Shown here: positions 8,354 to 22,383 of the stretch, piece after piece
Layout of the letters: every line of letters begins with the position of its first letter
Numbering within the stretch: position 1 is the first letter of the stretch
Assembly: GCA_963730125.1 (NCBI GenBank)
Contig: CAVSQP010000019.1
Coordinates: 94,826-158,825, forward strand
Reading direction: 5' to 3'
Length of the DNA: 64,000 bases
Source: Vulcanimicrobiota bacterium
GTDB lineage: Bacteria; Vulcanimicrobiota; Vulcanimicrobiia; Vulcanimicrobiales; Vulcanimicrobiaceae
Translations under genes and position numbers: made by a program
The notes under the pieces: model-generated
What the model was told of the DNA's origin: nothing
Database searches by the model: none
Seen by the model: only the letters and a program-made list of their open reading frames with translations

Positions 8354-9583
8354 TCAGTCTACCCATCCCCCCGAAGGTACCGGCAGAGCGTCGCGCAGCC
8401 CGGTAACGATGTCCGGGAGCAGCTCGATCGTGCGCTCGATCTCCCTCGCCGAGGTGGCGTGCCCGAGCGAGAAGCGAATCGCTCCCCGCTGCCACTTGGG
8501 GTCCATCTGCAGGGCAGCCAGCACGTGGCTAGGCTCGGGCGCTCCCGATGCGCAGGCGCTCCCGGCGGAGACGGCAACGCCGGCGAGATCCAGGGCAATG
8601 AGCAGCGCCGCCGAGTCCACTCCGGCAAAACCGACGTTCAGGATATTGGCCACCCGTGGAGCGCCGCCGCCGGCGACCCGGACCCCGGGTATCGAGGCGA
8701 GGATGGCCCCCTCGAGGCGATCCCGCAGGGCCGCCACGCGTACCGCTTCCACTGCCTGATCCCGGACCGCGAGCTCTAAGGCGGCGGCCAGCCCGACGAT
8801 ACCGAGCAGGTTCTCGGTTCCGGCTCGCCGCCCGAGCTCTTGGCCGCCGCCGCGGAGCCCCGGGGAGATCGGGACGCCCCGCCGCACGTAGAGGAGACCG
8901 GCACCCTTGGGCCCACCGAACTTATGAGCCGAGAGCGACAGCAGGTCGACCCCCAGAGCGGCAATCTCCATCGGCAGCCAACCGGCTGCGGCCACAGAAT
9001 CGGAGTGGAAAAGCACGCCGTGGCGGCCGGCGACGCGCGCTAGTTCGGCGATCGGCTGGACCGTGCCGATTTCGTTATTGGCGTAGGCTATCGAGGCCAG
9101 CCGCGTCTCCGGCTGCAGCGCAGCTTCGAATCGCCCAACGGAGACGAGGCCGCCGCTATCTACGGGAAGGCGGGTCGTCTTAATCCCGGCTTCTTCCAGC
9201 CGATCGAGTGAGCCCAACACGGCCGAGTGCTCGATCGCGCTGGAAATTACGTGCGCCGGCCGGGAAGCCGCTTGCATTACCCCGGCTATCGCCAGGTTGT
9301 CGGATTCCGTACCGCCCGACGTGAACGCGATCTCGTTCGCCGCAACTCCGAGAGAGACCGCGACGCGCTGGCGGGCATCGTCGAGCAGCGCCCGCGCTCT
9401 ACGCCCTTCGGCATGTAACGAACTAGGATTAAAGTCGCTTTTTGCAAGCATTGCGCGCATCGCTTCGGCCGCCTCGGCACGCAGCGGCGTAGTCGCAGAA
9501 TGATCGAGATAAATTCGTTGCGCTCTCACAGGTCGCTCACAGTATGCCGGTCTATTATTTGCTTGTGCGAAGCTCCAACGCAC
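8354..9583 (-). CDS. Cysteine desulfurase (NifS/IscS family, class V aminotransferase)
   Basis: IYLDHSATTP, PLP-lysine motif SAHKFGGPKGAG, and active-site loop SAGSACASG. A GTG at 9529 (VRAQRIYLDH) is the more likely start than the upstream start at 9583. Confidence 0.9.
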   Translation of the reverse strand: MRWSFAQANNRPAYCERPVRAQRIYLDHSATTPLRAEAAEAMRAMLAKSDFNPSSLHAEGRRARALLDDARQRVAVSLGVAANEIAFTSGGTESDNLAIAGVMQAASRPAHVISSAIEHSAVLGSLDRLEEAGIKTTRLPVDSGGLVSVGRFEAALQPETRLASIAYANNEIGTVQPIAELARVAGRHGVLFHSDSVAAAGWLPMEIAALGVDLLSLSAHKFGGPKGAGLLYVRRGVPISPGLRGGGQELGRRAGTENLLGIVGLAAALELAVRDQAVEAVRVAALRDRLEGAILASIPGVRVAGGGAPRVANILNVGFAGVDSAALLIALDLAGVAVSAGSACASGAPEPSHVLAALQMDPKWQRGAIRFSLGHATSAREIERTIELLPDIVTGLRDALPVPSGGWVD

Positions 9584-9609
9584 ACTCCGAGAAGTAGCAA
9601 CGGGAAACT

Positions 9610-9645
9610 GGCGGTCCGAGTATCACTCGGACCGCCTTTTTATTG
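9610..9645. terminator. GC-rich hairpin with a flanking T/A tract (possible bidirectional intrinsic terminator after rarA)
   Basis: ggcggtccgag-tatca-ctcggaccgcc (11-bp perfect stem, 9610-9636). It is followed by ttttta on the + strand and preceded by the equivalent A-tract on the - strand. The rarA stop codon (9623-9625) lies in the loop region. Confidence 0.5.
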
Positions 9646-10882
9646 AGTCTTGTTGAAAATAGCGCCGCTCGCTCAATCCGGGCGGCAAATTTACTTGCAC
9701 GACGTCGTAGTCGTCATGCGCGTAATGGTAGTCGCGGCCGTAACCGAGCTCGCGCATCAAACGAGTCGGAGCGTTGCGCAAGTGCAGAGGAACGGGATCG
9801 TTACGCGTCTCCAATACGTCTTCCATTGCGGCGCCATACGAACGCCCGACCGCGTTGCTTTTCGGCGCCGTAGCCAAATAGAGCGTGGCGTGTGCGAGCG
9901 GAAAGAATCCCTCGGGCATACCGATAAAATGCACTGCCTGTTGGGCTGCCACGGCCACTTGCAGCCCATTGGAATCGGCCAACCCGACGTCTTCGGAAGC
10001 CAAGATGACCAGCCGGCGCGCGATAAAAAGCGGGTCTTCGCCGCCCTCGACCATTCGCGCCAGCCAATAAAGCGACGCATTCGGATCGCTGGCGCGAATC
10101 GACTTGATGAAGGCACTGATGACGTCGTAGTGCATGTCGCCGCCCTTATCGTAGGGCGAGTTGCGCCGTTGCATCGCCTCGCGCACTAACGTCGCGTCGA
10201 TCTTCCGGCTTCCCTCGGGCAGCGACGCCGCAGCAAACTCGAGCGCGCTCAGCGCCGCGCGCGCGTCGCCGTTGGCAAATCCGACGAGCAACCGCTTCGC
10301 ATCGGATTCAAGCTCGAGTTCTTTGGCACCGAGGCCGCGCTCGCGATCGCGCAGCGCGCGGTCCACGATCGTCGCAACCTCGTCATCCGAGAGCGCTTGC
10401 AGCACGAAGACGCGGGCGCGCGACAACAGCGCGGAGTTGACTTCGAACGACGGGTTCTCGGTCGTCGCGCCGATCAGCGTCACCGTACCGTCCTCGACGT
10501 ACGGCAGTACCGCGTCTTGCTGCGCTTTATTGAAGCGATGGATTTCATCGATGAAGAGCACCGTGCGCCGTCCGACACGCCGGCGCGCTCGGCCCTCAGC
10601 GACGACGCGACGGAGATCGGCAACGCCGGCGCTCACCGCCGAGATGCGCTCGAAGTGCGCGCCGGTCGAGTGCGCCACGACCTCGGCCAGCGTCGTCTTC
10701 CCGCTGCCCGGCGGTCCCCATAGAATGATCGAGGGAACGGCGTCGCGCTCGATCGCCACGCGCAGCGCGCGGCCTGGCCCAAGTACGGCTTCCTGTCCGA
10801 CGAACTCGTCCAGCGTTAAGGGCCGCATGCGCGCGGCGAGCGGCGTCTCTTCGGGGTCGGAGTCGAAGAGGCCGGGCGTCAA
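9623..10882 (-). CDS. rarA: Replication-associated recombination protein A (AAA+ ATPase)
   Basis: PLAARMRP…FVGQ, Walker A GPPGSGKTT, Walker B/sensor FIDEIHRFNKAQQD, and a MgsA C-terminal domain. The proposed TTG start at 10882 overlaps the stop of the upstream LptA-like frame (TTGA). The 666-aa ORF 9623..11623 is an artefactual read-through. Confidence 0.88.
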   Translation of the reverse strand: MTPGLFDSDPEETPLAARMRPLTLDEFVGQEAVLGPGRALRVAIERDAVPSIILWGPPGSGKTTLAEVVAHSTGAHFERISAVSAGVADLRRVVAEGRARRRVGRRTVLFIDEIHRFNKAQQDAVLPYVEDGTVTLIGATTENPSFEVNSALLSRARVFVLQALSDDEVATIVDRALRDRERGLGAKELELESDAKRLLVGFANGDARAALSALEFAAASLPEGSRKIDATLVREAMQRRNSPYDKGGDMHYDVISAFIKSIRASDPNASLYWLARMVEGGEDPLFIARRLVILASEDVGLADSNGLQVAVAAQQAVHFIGMPEGFFPLAHATLYLATAPKSNAVGRSYGAAMEDVLETRNDPVPLHLRNAPTRLMRELGYGRDYHYAHDDYDVVQVNLPPGLSERRYFQQDSIKRRSE

Positions 10883-11653
10883 GGTGACGAGCTGGGCGCC
10901 TCGACCGGCTGGGTGAGGGGGTTCTTGGGCGCTTTGAGCGGCTTCGGCGTCGCCAAATGGCGATGCAGCTCGCCCGGGAACTGCATCGTGACGTCGCCCT
11001 GCGCGTGAGCCGTTCCGCTGGTCGTGTTGTAAACCACGCGCTGCGCCTTCATGCTGCGCGTCCCCTCGACGATGTGTACCGAACCCTCGAGCTGCAGTTG
11101 ATGCGTTTCGTCGTTGAGCGTTCCGTTGTCGGCCGTGACGATCCGTGTCGCCTTGAACGTAGTGGACGTTGCCGATGGCCTTATACACTTTTGCTTCGCC
11201 GTCGATCTGCGCTTTGTCGGCGGTCAAAGTGGACGGCGATTGGGTCGGTTGCTGTGGGCCACCCTCGAGACTACCCACTCCACTGCCCTGCGAATCGTGC
11301 ATCACGACGTGCCCGTTCAGATAAAGCACCTTCTTTTTGTAGTTGCCGTTGGCCTTATCCGCGGTGACGTCGCCGCCGGTGCGAGTCATCACGACCTTCG
11401 AAGGCGTGCTGAAGTCGCCGGTTTTGAAGTTGGCGTCGAGCGAGTTCGCGTGCACGGTCCACACGCCTAAATCGAACTGAGTCGCGGCTCCGTTGGGCTG
11501 GCGCTCCGGCTCCCGGCGATGGACGACCGCGGCCCGATGCGCGCGGTTGCGGCGTCGCGTGCGGCTGCGCCGTTGGAAGCACCGGCGGCGGCGATGCGGC
11601 GAGCGTCGCTTCGAGCACTGCAAGGATCAGCGCGGACGCGGAGATGGAGCGGA

Positions 11654-11657
<4 letters not shown>
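10879..11657 (-). pseudogene. OstA/LptA-like exported protein gene requiring two +1 frame changes
   Basis: The ATG at 11657 overlaps the tsaC stop (ATGA) and encodes a signal peptide (MIRSISASALILAVLEATLAA). The OstA-like repeats continue in a second frame (FDLGVWTVHANSLDA…VTADKANGNYKKKVLYLNGHVVMHD…LTADKAQIDGEAKVYKAIGNVH). They then continue in a third frame (TTFKATRIVTADNGTLNDETHQLQLEGSVHIVEGTRSMKAQRVVYNTTSGTAHAQGDVTMQFPG) down to TGA at 10879-10881. The frame switches lie near 11512-11516 (ccggg run) and 11160-11166. Confidence 0.7.
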
Positions 11658-14665
<3,008 letters not shown>

Positions 14666-14730
14666 GATAACGTTCTTACGCTTCGCGCGATGCGGCGGCT
14701 CGCCCCGCCCAACGCGGGAGCGCCGCCGCT

Positions 14731-16642
<1,912 letters not shown>

Positions 16643-16672
16643 TTATCGGTTTCTGCTAGTTCTTACGTACTC

Positions 16673-16847
16673 GTCGAGTGACGAGCGTGCCCGACGTTGC
16701 GGCTATGGAGCGTCTCGATTTTCGGACAAAACAGGATGTTTTCTTCAAAGCTTGCTCTTCCGAAAATCGAGTCGAGCAAGCGGAGCACAGGATGTGCGGA
16801 GCGCCGCGTCTCCTTAGCCGCAATGTCGGGCACGCTCGTCACTCGAC
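16673..16847. mobile_element. MITE/REP-like palindromic element in the atpG-atpD spacer
   Basis: 31-nt terminal inverted repeats, 16673-16703 (gtcgagtgacgagcgtgcccgacgttgcggc) and 16817-16847, with 30/31 complementary positions (one G:T). Internal stems: 16714-16726 with 16759-16771 (13 bp), and 16750-16757 with 16774-16781 (8 bp, mutually exclusive with the first). There are two short hairpins centred on acaggatgt (16731-16739, 16788-16796). No ORF of coding character lies inside. The right arm supplies the last two codons and the stop of atpG. Confidence 0.65.
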
Positions 16848-17723
16848 TCCCAGGGCTTCCGCGCCGCCGACGATCTCGAGGAGCTCCTTCGTAATGGCGG
16901 CTTGGCGGGCATTGTTCATTGCGATGGTGAGCTCGTCGATGAGCTTCGAGGCGTTGTCGGTGGCGTTGGTCATCGCGACGAGCTGGGCGGCGAAGAAGGC
17001 AGCGTCGGTTTCGAGCATCGCCGAGTAGATCGTGAATTCGAGGTACTTGGGGAGAAGCCGGGTGAGAACGAACTCAGGTGACGGAGCGAACTCAATTGCG
17101 CCGCTGGTTTTTTTCGAGTTTTCTTTTTGGTCGCCGGTGAGGGCGCTGAGATCTTCGGCCAGGATGGGGACGAGCTTACGCGTCTGCGGGCGCTGCGACA
17201 TCCTCGAAATGAGTTGTTGCGATACCAGCACGATATCGCCGATCGTTCCGTTGGTGAAGTCTTCCGTCACGCGGTGCGCTACCTCGCGCGCGGTGTCGAG
17301 CTTCGATTCGCCGCTCAACGGCCAGCTGGGTGTTTCGCTCAGCCCCATGCGGCGAACCGCGTTACGCGCTTTGACACCGACGGCGTAGTAACGGACGCTG
17401 CCCCGCCGGCGAGCGAAGAGCTCGGCGGCGTGGATGACGTTGGAGTTGAACGCGCCGGCCAAACCTTTGTCGGAGGTCATCAGAACGATGCCCGACGGCG
17501 CCCCCTCTTTGCCCGGCTTCATGAAGGGATGGTCGATCGACGAGACCGCCGCGATCAAATCGCGCAACATCTCACCGAGCGCATCGGCATAAGGCCGGGC
17601 CTGCTTCCGAGCTGATTCGGCACGGCGAATCTTCGCCGCAGCCACCTGCTTCATCGCTTTGGTGATCTGCTGCGTGTTCTTCAGCGACCGGATGCGGTCG
17701 CGTAAATCGCGTACGGACGGCAC
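16839..17723 (-). CDS. atpG: F1 ATP synthase gamma subunit
   Basis: 294 aa. N-terminal RIRSLKNTQQITKAMKQVAAAK and C-terminal ITKELLEIVGGAEAL. Confidence 0.96.
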   Translation of the reverse strand: MPSVRDLRDRIRSLKNTQQITKAMKQVAAAKIRRAESARKQARPYADALGEMLRDLIAAVSSIDHPFMKPGKEGAPSGIVLMTSDKGLAGAFNSNVIHAAELFARRRGSVRYYAVGVKARNAVRRMGLSETPSWPLSGESKLDTAREVAHRVTEDFTNGTIGDIVLVSQQLISRMSQRPQTRKLVPILAEDLSALTGDQKENSKKTSGAIEFAPSPEFVLTRLLPKYLEFTIYSAMLETDAAFFAAQLVAMTNATDNASKLIDELTIAMNNARQAAITKELLEIVGGAEALGVE

Positions 17724-17738
17724 GAGCTTCCTTTTTCT

Positions 17739-19238
17739 CTAGAAGCTCTTGTTGAATTCGGTGAGCGCGGCGTCGAGCTGCTTCTTGACCTCGTCCGAAA
17801 GCTGCCCGCTCTTGGCGATCGCCTCCGTAATCTCCGGATGCTGCGCGTGCAGGAAGTCGATCAGCGCCGAGGCCCAGCTTTGGAGCCGTGCGGTCGGGAC
17901 GTCGTTGACAAAACCGCTGCTCGCCGCGTAGATCAGCGCGACTTGATCTTCCATCGCCTGCGGCTGATACTGCGGTTGTTTGAGCAGTTCGGTCAGTTTC
18001 TCACCGCGCATTAACTGGTTTTGCGTCGTTTTGTCGAGATCGCTCGAGAGTTTGGCGAACGCGGCGAGATCGCGATACTGCGCCAATTCGAGTTTGAGCT
18101 GACCGGCGACCGATTTCATCGCCTTAGTCTGCGCGTTGCCGCCGACGCGCGAAACGGAGAGACCGACGTCGACCGCCGGACGAATGCCCTGGAAGAAGAG
18201 CTGAGGCGTTAGGTAGATCTGGCCGTCGGTAATAGAGATGACGTTGGTGGGGATGTACGCCGAGAAGTCTCCGGCCTGCGTTTCGATGATGGGCAGCGCG
18301 GTCAGCGATCCGCCGCCCATCTCATCGGAGAGTTTGGCGGCGCGCTCGAGCAGACGCGAGTGCAGGTAGAAGACGTCGCCCGGATAGGCTTCGCGGCCCG
18401 GCGGACGGCGGAGCAGCAGCGACATCTCGCGGTACGATTGGGCGTGCTTGGTGAGGTCGTCGTAAATAATCAGCACGTCTTTGCCGGAGTACATCAGCTC
18501 CTCGGCCATCGCGCAGCCGGCAAACGGTGCTATCCAGCGCAGCGCGGCTGCTTCCGACGGGCTGACGGCGACGATGGTCGTGTAGGCCATCGCCCCTTTC
18601 TGCTCGAGGATCTGCGCCAGTGCGGCGACCGTCGAGTTCTTCTGCCCGATCGCGACGTAGATGCAGTAAACGTCGCGGCCTTTTTGATTGATGATCGTGT
18701 CGATGGCGATGGCCGTCTTGCCGGTCGAACGATCGCCGATGATCAGCTCGCGCTGCCCCTTGCCGATCGGGATAAGCGCGTCGATCGCGCGGATGCCGGT
18801 CTGCAACGGCTGCTTAACCGGCTGACGCTGCACGACCGTCGGAGCGACGTTCTCGATCGTCCGAAAACGCGTCGCCTCGATCTCACCTTTGCCGTCGATC
18901 GCTTCGCCGAGCGGATTGACGACCCGTCCGAGCATGACCTCGCCGACCGGCACCGAGGCGATGCGGCCGGTACGCCGCACGCTGTCGCCCTCTCTGATCT
19001 CGACGTCCGGGCCCATGATCACCACGCCGACGTTGTCCTCTTCGAGGTTGAGGGCGACCCCGTGCAACCCGTTAGCGAACTCTACGAGTTCGGACGACCG
19101 CACGCCACGCAATCCGTAGACGCGAGCGAGGTTCGCCCCGACCGAGATCACGGTACCGACTTCGTCTTCTTGGATCTCGGTCTTGAACTGCTCGATTTGT
19201 TGTTTTAAAATGCCGGCAATTTCGTCAGCGTTGATCAT
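17739..19238 (-). CDS. atpA: F1 ATP synthase alpha subunit
   Basis: 499 aa. Walker [39 protein letters not shown]. Confidence 0.98.
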   Translation of the reverse strand: MINADEIAGILKQQIEQFKTEIQEDEVGTVISVGANLARVYGLRGVRSSELVEFANGLHGVALNLEEDNVGVVIMGPDVEIREGDSVRRTGRIASVPVGEVMLGRVVNPLGEAIDGKGEIEATRFRTIENVAPTVVQRQPVKQPLQTGIRAIDALIPIGKGQRELIIGDRSTGKTAIAIDTIINQKGRDVYCIYVAIGQKNSTVAALAQILEQKGAMAYTTIVAVSPSEAAALRWIAPFAGCAMAEELMYSGKDVLIIYDDLTKHAQSYREMSLLLRRPPGREAYPGDVFYLHSRLLERAAKLSDEMGGGSLTALPIIETQAGDFSAYIPTNVISITDGQIYLTPQLFFQGIRPAVDVGLSVSRVGGNAQTKAMKSVAGQLKLELAQYRDLAAFAKLSSDLDKTTQNQLMRGEKLTELLKQPQYQPQAMEDQVALIYAASSGFVNDVPTARLQSWASALIDFLHAQHPEITEAIAKSGQLSDEVKKQLDAALTEFNKSF

Positions 19239-19292
19239 TCGTAACTTTCTTCACGTGTGGGTGTAGGGCTTGTTGGATCTTCGGATGCGCCA

Positions 19293-19841
19293 TCACGTTG
19301 CTTGAGCCAGTTCGCGGGTGAGGGCGTCGAGGCGGCCGGAGATCGTCGCGTCGATGCGGCGATCGCCCATCATGATGCGCAATCCGCCGATGAGCGAAGG
19401 GTCTACCACTTCGGTCACTTCAAACTTTTTACCGTAGCTTCGTTCGAGGCTCGAAATGACGTCGGAATACTCTTTTCGGTCGAGAGCGCGCGCCGAGGTA
19501 AGCGTCAGGAGCTCGCGGCCGCGGGCGGCTCGCTCGAGCGCGAGATACTCCGAAACGATCGCCGCAAGCAGCGTCTCGCGGTGCTTGCGCACCAGCAGGA
19601 GCAGCGTGTGCAGCGCGATCGGATGGAGCTGCCCGAACGCCTCGCCGAGCACGCGCTCCTTGTCGGGCCGGCCGATGACGGGAGCCCGAAAGAAGTCGGC
19701 GACCGGATTGCTCTCGCCGATCGCTCGCGCGATCGTCTGCAGATCGGCGCTCACGCGATCGGTCGCGCCTTGCTCGCGGGCGAGTTCGGCAACGGCGGTC
19801 GCGTAGCGGCGTGCCAGCGTACGATTAACCACTCGAGCCAT
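19293..19841 (-). CDS. atpH: F1 ATP synthase delta (OSCP) subunit
   Basis: 182 aa, positioned between b and alpha. OSCP-like C-terminus (DPSLIGGLRIMMGDRRIDATISGRL). Confidence 0.9.
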   Translation of the reverse strand: MARVVNRTLARRYATAVAELAREQGATDRVSADLQTIARAIGESNPVADFFRAPVIGRPDKERVLGEAFGQLHPIALHTLLLLVRKHRETLLAAIVSEYLALERAARGRELLTLTSARALDRKEYSDVISSLERSYGKKFEVTEVVDPSLIGGLRIMMGDRRIDATISGRLDALTRELAQAT

Positions 19842-20328
19842 GCTCCACGGAGTTTACGAAACGCTCGACCATTACCGCATCGAGCGCCGGGCCGGCGCGC
19901 TGTTTCGCGTCTTGGCGCGCGAGCGTTAGTGCGCGACCCAATATCTCGTCCCGAAAACGCGATCGAGCCGCGGCGCGCGCGCGCTGCAATTCCTTGCCTG
20001 CGTCGGCCAACGCTCGCTCACCGGCCTGCTTCGCGTCGTCGAGCATCGCCGACCGTTCGTGGTCGGCATGCTCGCCGGCGCGTTGCTCGATCAGACCGGC
20101 GTCGCGCTGGGCGCTCTCGATCTCTTCTTGCAACGCTTGCAGCGCCGCCTTCACCTCGTCGCGATGGCGCTCGGCCTCGGCGATCTGGGCGTTGCTGCGC
20201 TCTTGCGCGGCGAGAAAAACCGGCAAGAGGAACCGGAACCACATGTAGACCAAGGCCGCGATGAATACGACCGACGAGACCACCTGGCTCCAGACCGCGA
20301 TTTGCAGATACAGCTGGTCTTGGCTCAC
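19825..20328 (-). CDS. atpF: Fo ATP synthase b-type subunit
   Basis: 167 aa. A single N-terminal TM helix followed by a long charged coiled coil, adjacent to delta. Confidence 0.85.
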   Translation of the reverse strand: MSQDQLYLQIAVWSQVVSSVVFIAALVYMWFRFLLPVFLAAQERSNAQIAEAERHRDEVKAALQALQEEIESAQRDAGLIEQRAGEHADHERSAMLDDAKQAGERALADAGKELQRARAAARSRFRDEILGRALTLARQDAKQRAGPALDAVMVERFVNSVEHGSSG

Positions 20329-20759
20329 TTCGCAGCCTCCGGGATGACTCGGTCGACCATAAAGCCGGCGAGCTTTCGCACCGCCTCGCCTTCGTTGCTC
20401 CGCGCCGCATCGAGCTCGGTTTGCGCCGCCTGCTGTGCCTCCTCGACGATGCGCTGCGCGCGCTCGGCGTAGTCGGTTGACAGCTGCGCGGATTCGTTCG
20501 ACGCCTGTGCCCGAGCGGCGGCGACGCGCTGTTCGGCCCGTTGCCGTGCCGCGGCGCGCACCTCCTCGGCCTGAGCGCGCAAGCTGTGCGCTTCGGCCTG
20601 ATAGCGATCGTAGTCGGAAACGAGGCTATCGATATACTGCCGCCGCTTATGGATTGCCGCCGCGACCGGCCGCAAGAAGACGACGTTAAGCAGCGCGAAA
20701 AAGATCGCGAAATTGAGGAGCTGCACGACGAGCGTACCGTCGATCGAGAGGAACGACAT
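20325..20759 (-). CDS. Fo ATP synthase b' (second b-type) subunit
   Basis: 144 aa. An N-terminal TM helix (LVVQLLNFAIFFALLNVVFL) plus a coiled coil, with a 4-nt overlap onto the downstream b gene. Confidence 0.8.
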   Translation of the reverse strand: MSFLSIDGTLVVQLLNFAIFFALLNVVFLRPVAAAIHKRRQYIDSLVSDYDRYQAEAHSLRAQAEEVRAAARQRAEQRVAAARAQASNESAQLSTDYAERAQRIVEEAQQAAQTELDAARSNEGEAVRKLAGFMVDRVIPEAAK

Positions 20760-20765
20760 CCGTTA

Positions 20766-21074
20766 CTACTTCACCAGTGCGGTGATGATCGCAGGCACCT
20801 TCGCCACGACGAGGAGAATGTAGAAGGCCAATGCGATCGCGATAAACGGTACCGCCTCCAGGACGCCGACGCCCAAGAACATGAAGAGGAAGATATTGGG
20901 CCGCGCCTCGGGTTGACGCGCGATCGACTCGACCGCCTTGGCGGCGACGGTGCCGTCGCCCACTGCGGAGCCGAAGGCGACGCCCGAGATGATGATGCCG
21001 AAGCAGATCAGCGCGGATGCCGCGATTAACGATTCAGGATTCAACGACGTTCCTTTCCTAATGGTCGTCGGCAA
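20766..21074 (-). CDS. atpE: Fo ATP synthase c subunit (proteolipid)
   Basis: Helical hairpin with the loop ARQPE and the carboxylate motif GVGVLEAVPFI. The true start is probably internal, because 102 aa is long for a c subunit. Confidence 0.9.
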   Translation of the reverse strand: MPTTIRKGTSLNPESLIAASALICFGIIISGVAFGSAVGDGTVAAKAVESIARQPEARPNIFLFMFLGVGVLEAVPFIAIALAFYILLVVAKVPAIITALVK

Positions 21075-21789
21075 GCGCCAACGAGAGATAGACTATTGCC
21101 AACAGCGTGAACACGAACGCTTGGATCGTTCCGACGAAAAAGTTGAAGAACTGGATCAGGATCGGAACGACGGTGACGCCCAGCGAGAGATTGAAGAAGC
21201 CGATGTTGATGCGCGCCAGTATGATCGAGGTGATGATAATGAAGAGCAGCTCGCCGACGAAGATGTTGAAGAAAAGGCGAGCGGCCAGCGTAATCGGTCG
21301 CAGAATTTCGTCGAGGATGTTGATCGGCAAGAGTGCCGCAAACGGCTTGAAGACGTGTCCGAAGTACGAGAAGCCCTTCTTGCGAAACGCTACCGTCTGA
21401 ATCATGAGGAAAACGACCAGCGCGAGCGGCACCACGGTGTTGAGGTCGGCCGTCGGCGAACCGCCGAAGGGCAGACCGAGCGTCTTGAACGGGAGCACGC
21501 CGAACTGGTTGAGCAGAAAAATAAAGATAAAGAGCGCTACGAAGAACGGCACGAAGCCTTCGCCCTCTTTGCCGAGCACGCTCGTCACCAGGTCGGCGAT
21601 ATAGTTGAAGACCGATTCCAAAACGGCCTGACGCTTGGTGACGTAGGGCGAGCGATAGCTAGCGCCGATCCATCCAAAGAAAACCAGCGACAGCGCCATG
21701 ACCAGCCAAGTGGTCATGATCGTATCGGCATGGACCGGCCCAAGCACGGGCAGATGCCAAAGAATATGTTCGCCGATTTGTTCGTGCAC
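21058..21789 (-). CDS. atpB: Fo ATP synthase a subunit
   Basis: 243 aa, polytopic, with the conserved Arg region LRPITLAARLFFNIFVGE. Confidence 0.93.
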   Translation of the reverse strand: MHEQIGEHILWHLPVLGPVHADTIMTTWLVMALSLVFFGWIGASYRSPYVTKRQAVLESVFNYIADLVTSVLGKEGEGFVPFFVALFIFIFLLNQFGVLPFKTLGLPFGGSPTADLNTVVPLALVVFLMIQTVAFRKKGFSYFGHVFKPFAALLPINILDEILRPITLAARLFFNIFVGELLFIIITSIILARINIGFFNLSLGVTVVPILIQFFNFFVGTIQAFVFTLLAIVYLSLALADDH

Positions 21790-21799
21790 GCGTTATCCG

Positions 21800-22198
21800 T
21801 CAAGGCTTCCGTCGGAAAGCTCGCAGCGCGCCAAGCGCATAAGTTGCAAGCGGGAAGAAGAAACCGGCGAGAAACGGCCCGAGCGACCACCAGGGTCCCC
21901 GAACCGCTAGCGCCGCGGCTACTATACTAAACGCGGCCAGCCGCAGTAAACTACTTAGCCCGAAGTAGAGCGGGCTTCCGGTCTCGGTGAGGCGCTCGCT
22001 CCCCCTCATGATCGCCAGCATATTGCCGACGCCGCAGACCCCGCCGATGGCCAGCGCGGCCGCCGCCCAGCGGGAAAACGGCACCAAAAGAGCCGCACCG
22101 AGCAGCACCAGCAGGAGAGACCTCCCCGCTACCGCCCATTTGAGGCGATAGTAGGTCGCAAGGTCGGCCGCGGACTCGGCGGCACCGTAGGGTTTCAC
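21800..22198 (-). CDS. atpI: ATP synthase protein I (AtpI family)
   Basis: 132 aa with four hydrophobic helices, directly upstream of atpB. Its GTG start overlaps the atpZ stop (GTGA). Confidence 0.7.
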   Translation of the reverse strand: MKPYGAAESAADLATYYRLKWAVAGRSLLLVLLGAALLVPFSRWAAAALAIGGVCGVGNMLAIMRGSERLTETGSPLYFGLSSLLRLAAFSIVAAALAVRGPWWSLGPFLAGFFFPLATYALGALRAFRRKP

Positions 22199-22383
22199 CG
22201 CATCGCCCGCGCGAGGAGACGGAAGGCCGAGTAGGCACCGATCAGGGCGCCGAGGATGAGGCCGGCTGGAGCCAGCAATGGCTCGCCGCGCCGGTCGCCG
22301 ACGAGAATCCCGGCAAGCAGCCCAAGGACCGCCGCGCCGGCAAAGGTTCCTCCCGCCGCCACCAGCGGGAGAAGCGTCTTCAC
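22195..22383 (-). CDS. atpZ: AtpZ/AtpI-family small membrane protein
   Basis: Two-helix protein (LLPLVAAGGTFAGAAVLGLLAGILVGDRR…ILGALIGAYSAF). A GTG at 22383 overlaps the wecB stop (GTGA). The longer listed ORF (to 22461) overlaps wecB. Confidence 0.65.
   Translation of the reverse strand: MKTLLPLVAAGGTFAGAAVLGLLAGILVGDRRGEPLLAPAGLILGALIGAYSAFRLLARAMR

Noticed and set aside
9623-11623. A single 666-aa protein fusing an OstA-like N-terminus to RarA
   Set aside because: The N-terminal 40 aa and residues roughly 155-240 are Arg-rich out-of-frame sequence. The real OstA-like sequence continues in other frames and ends at a stop (10879-10881) that overlaps a plausible rarA TTG start. I therefore treat it as two genes, the upstream one frameshifted.
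14666-14730. Intrinsic terminator after atpC (gcggcggc…gccgccgc hairpin)
   Set aside because: The stem is present, but no U-tract follows on the minus strand, and murA begins 65 nt downstream. The evidence is too weak to call.
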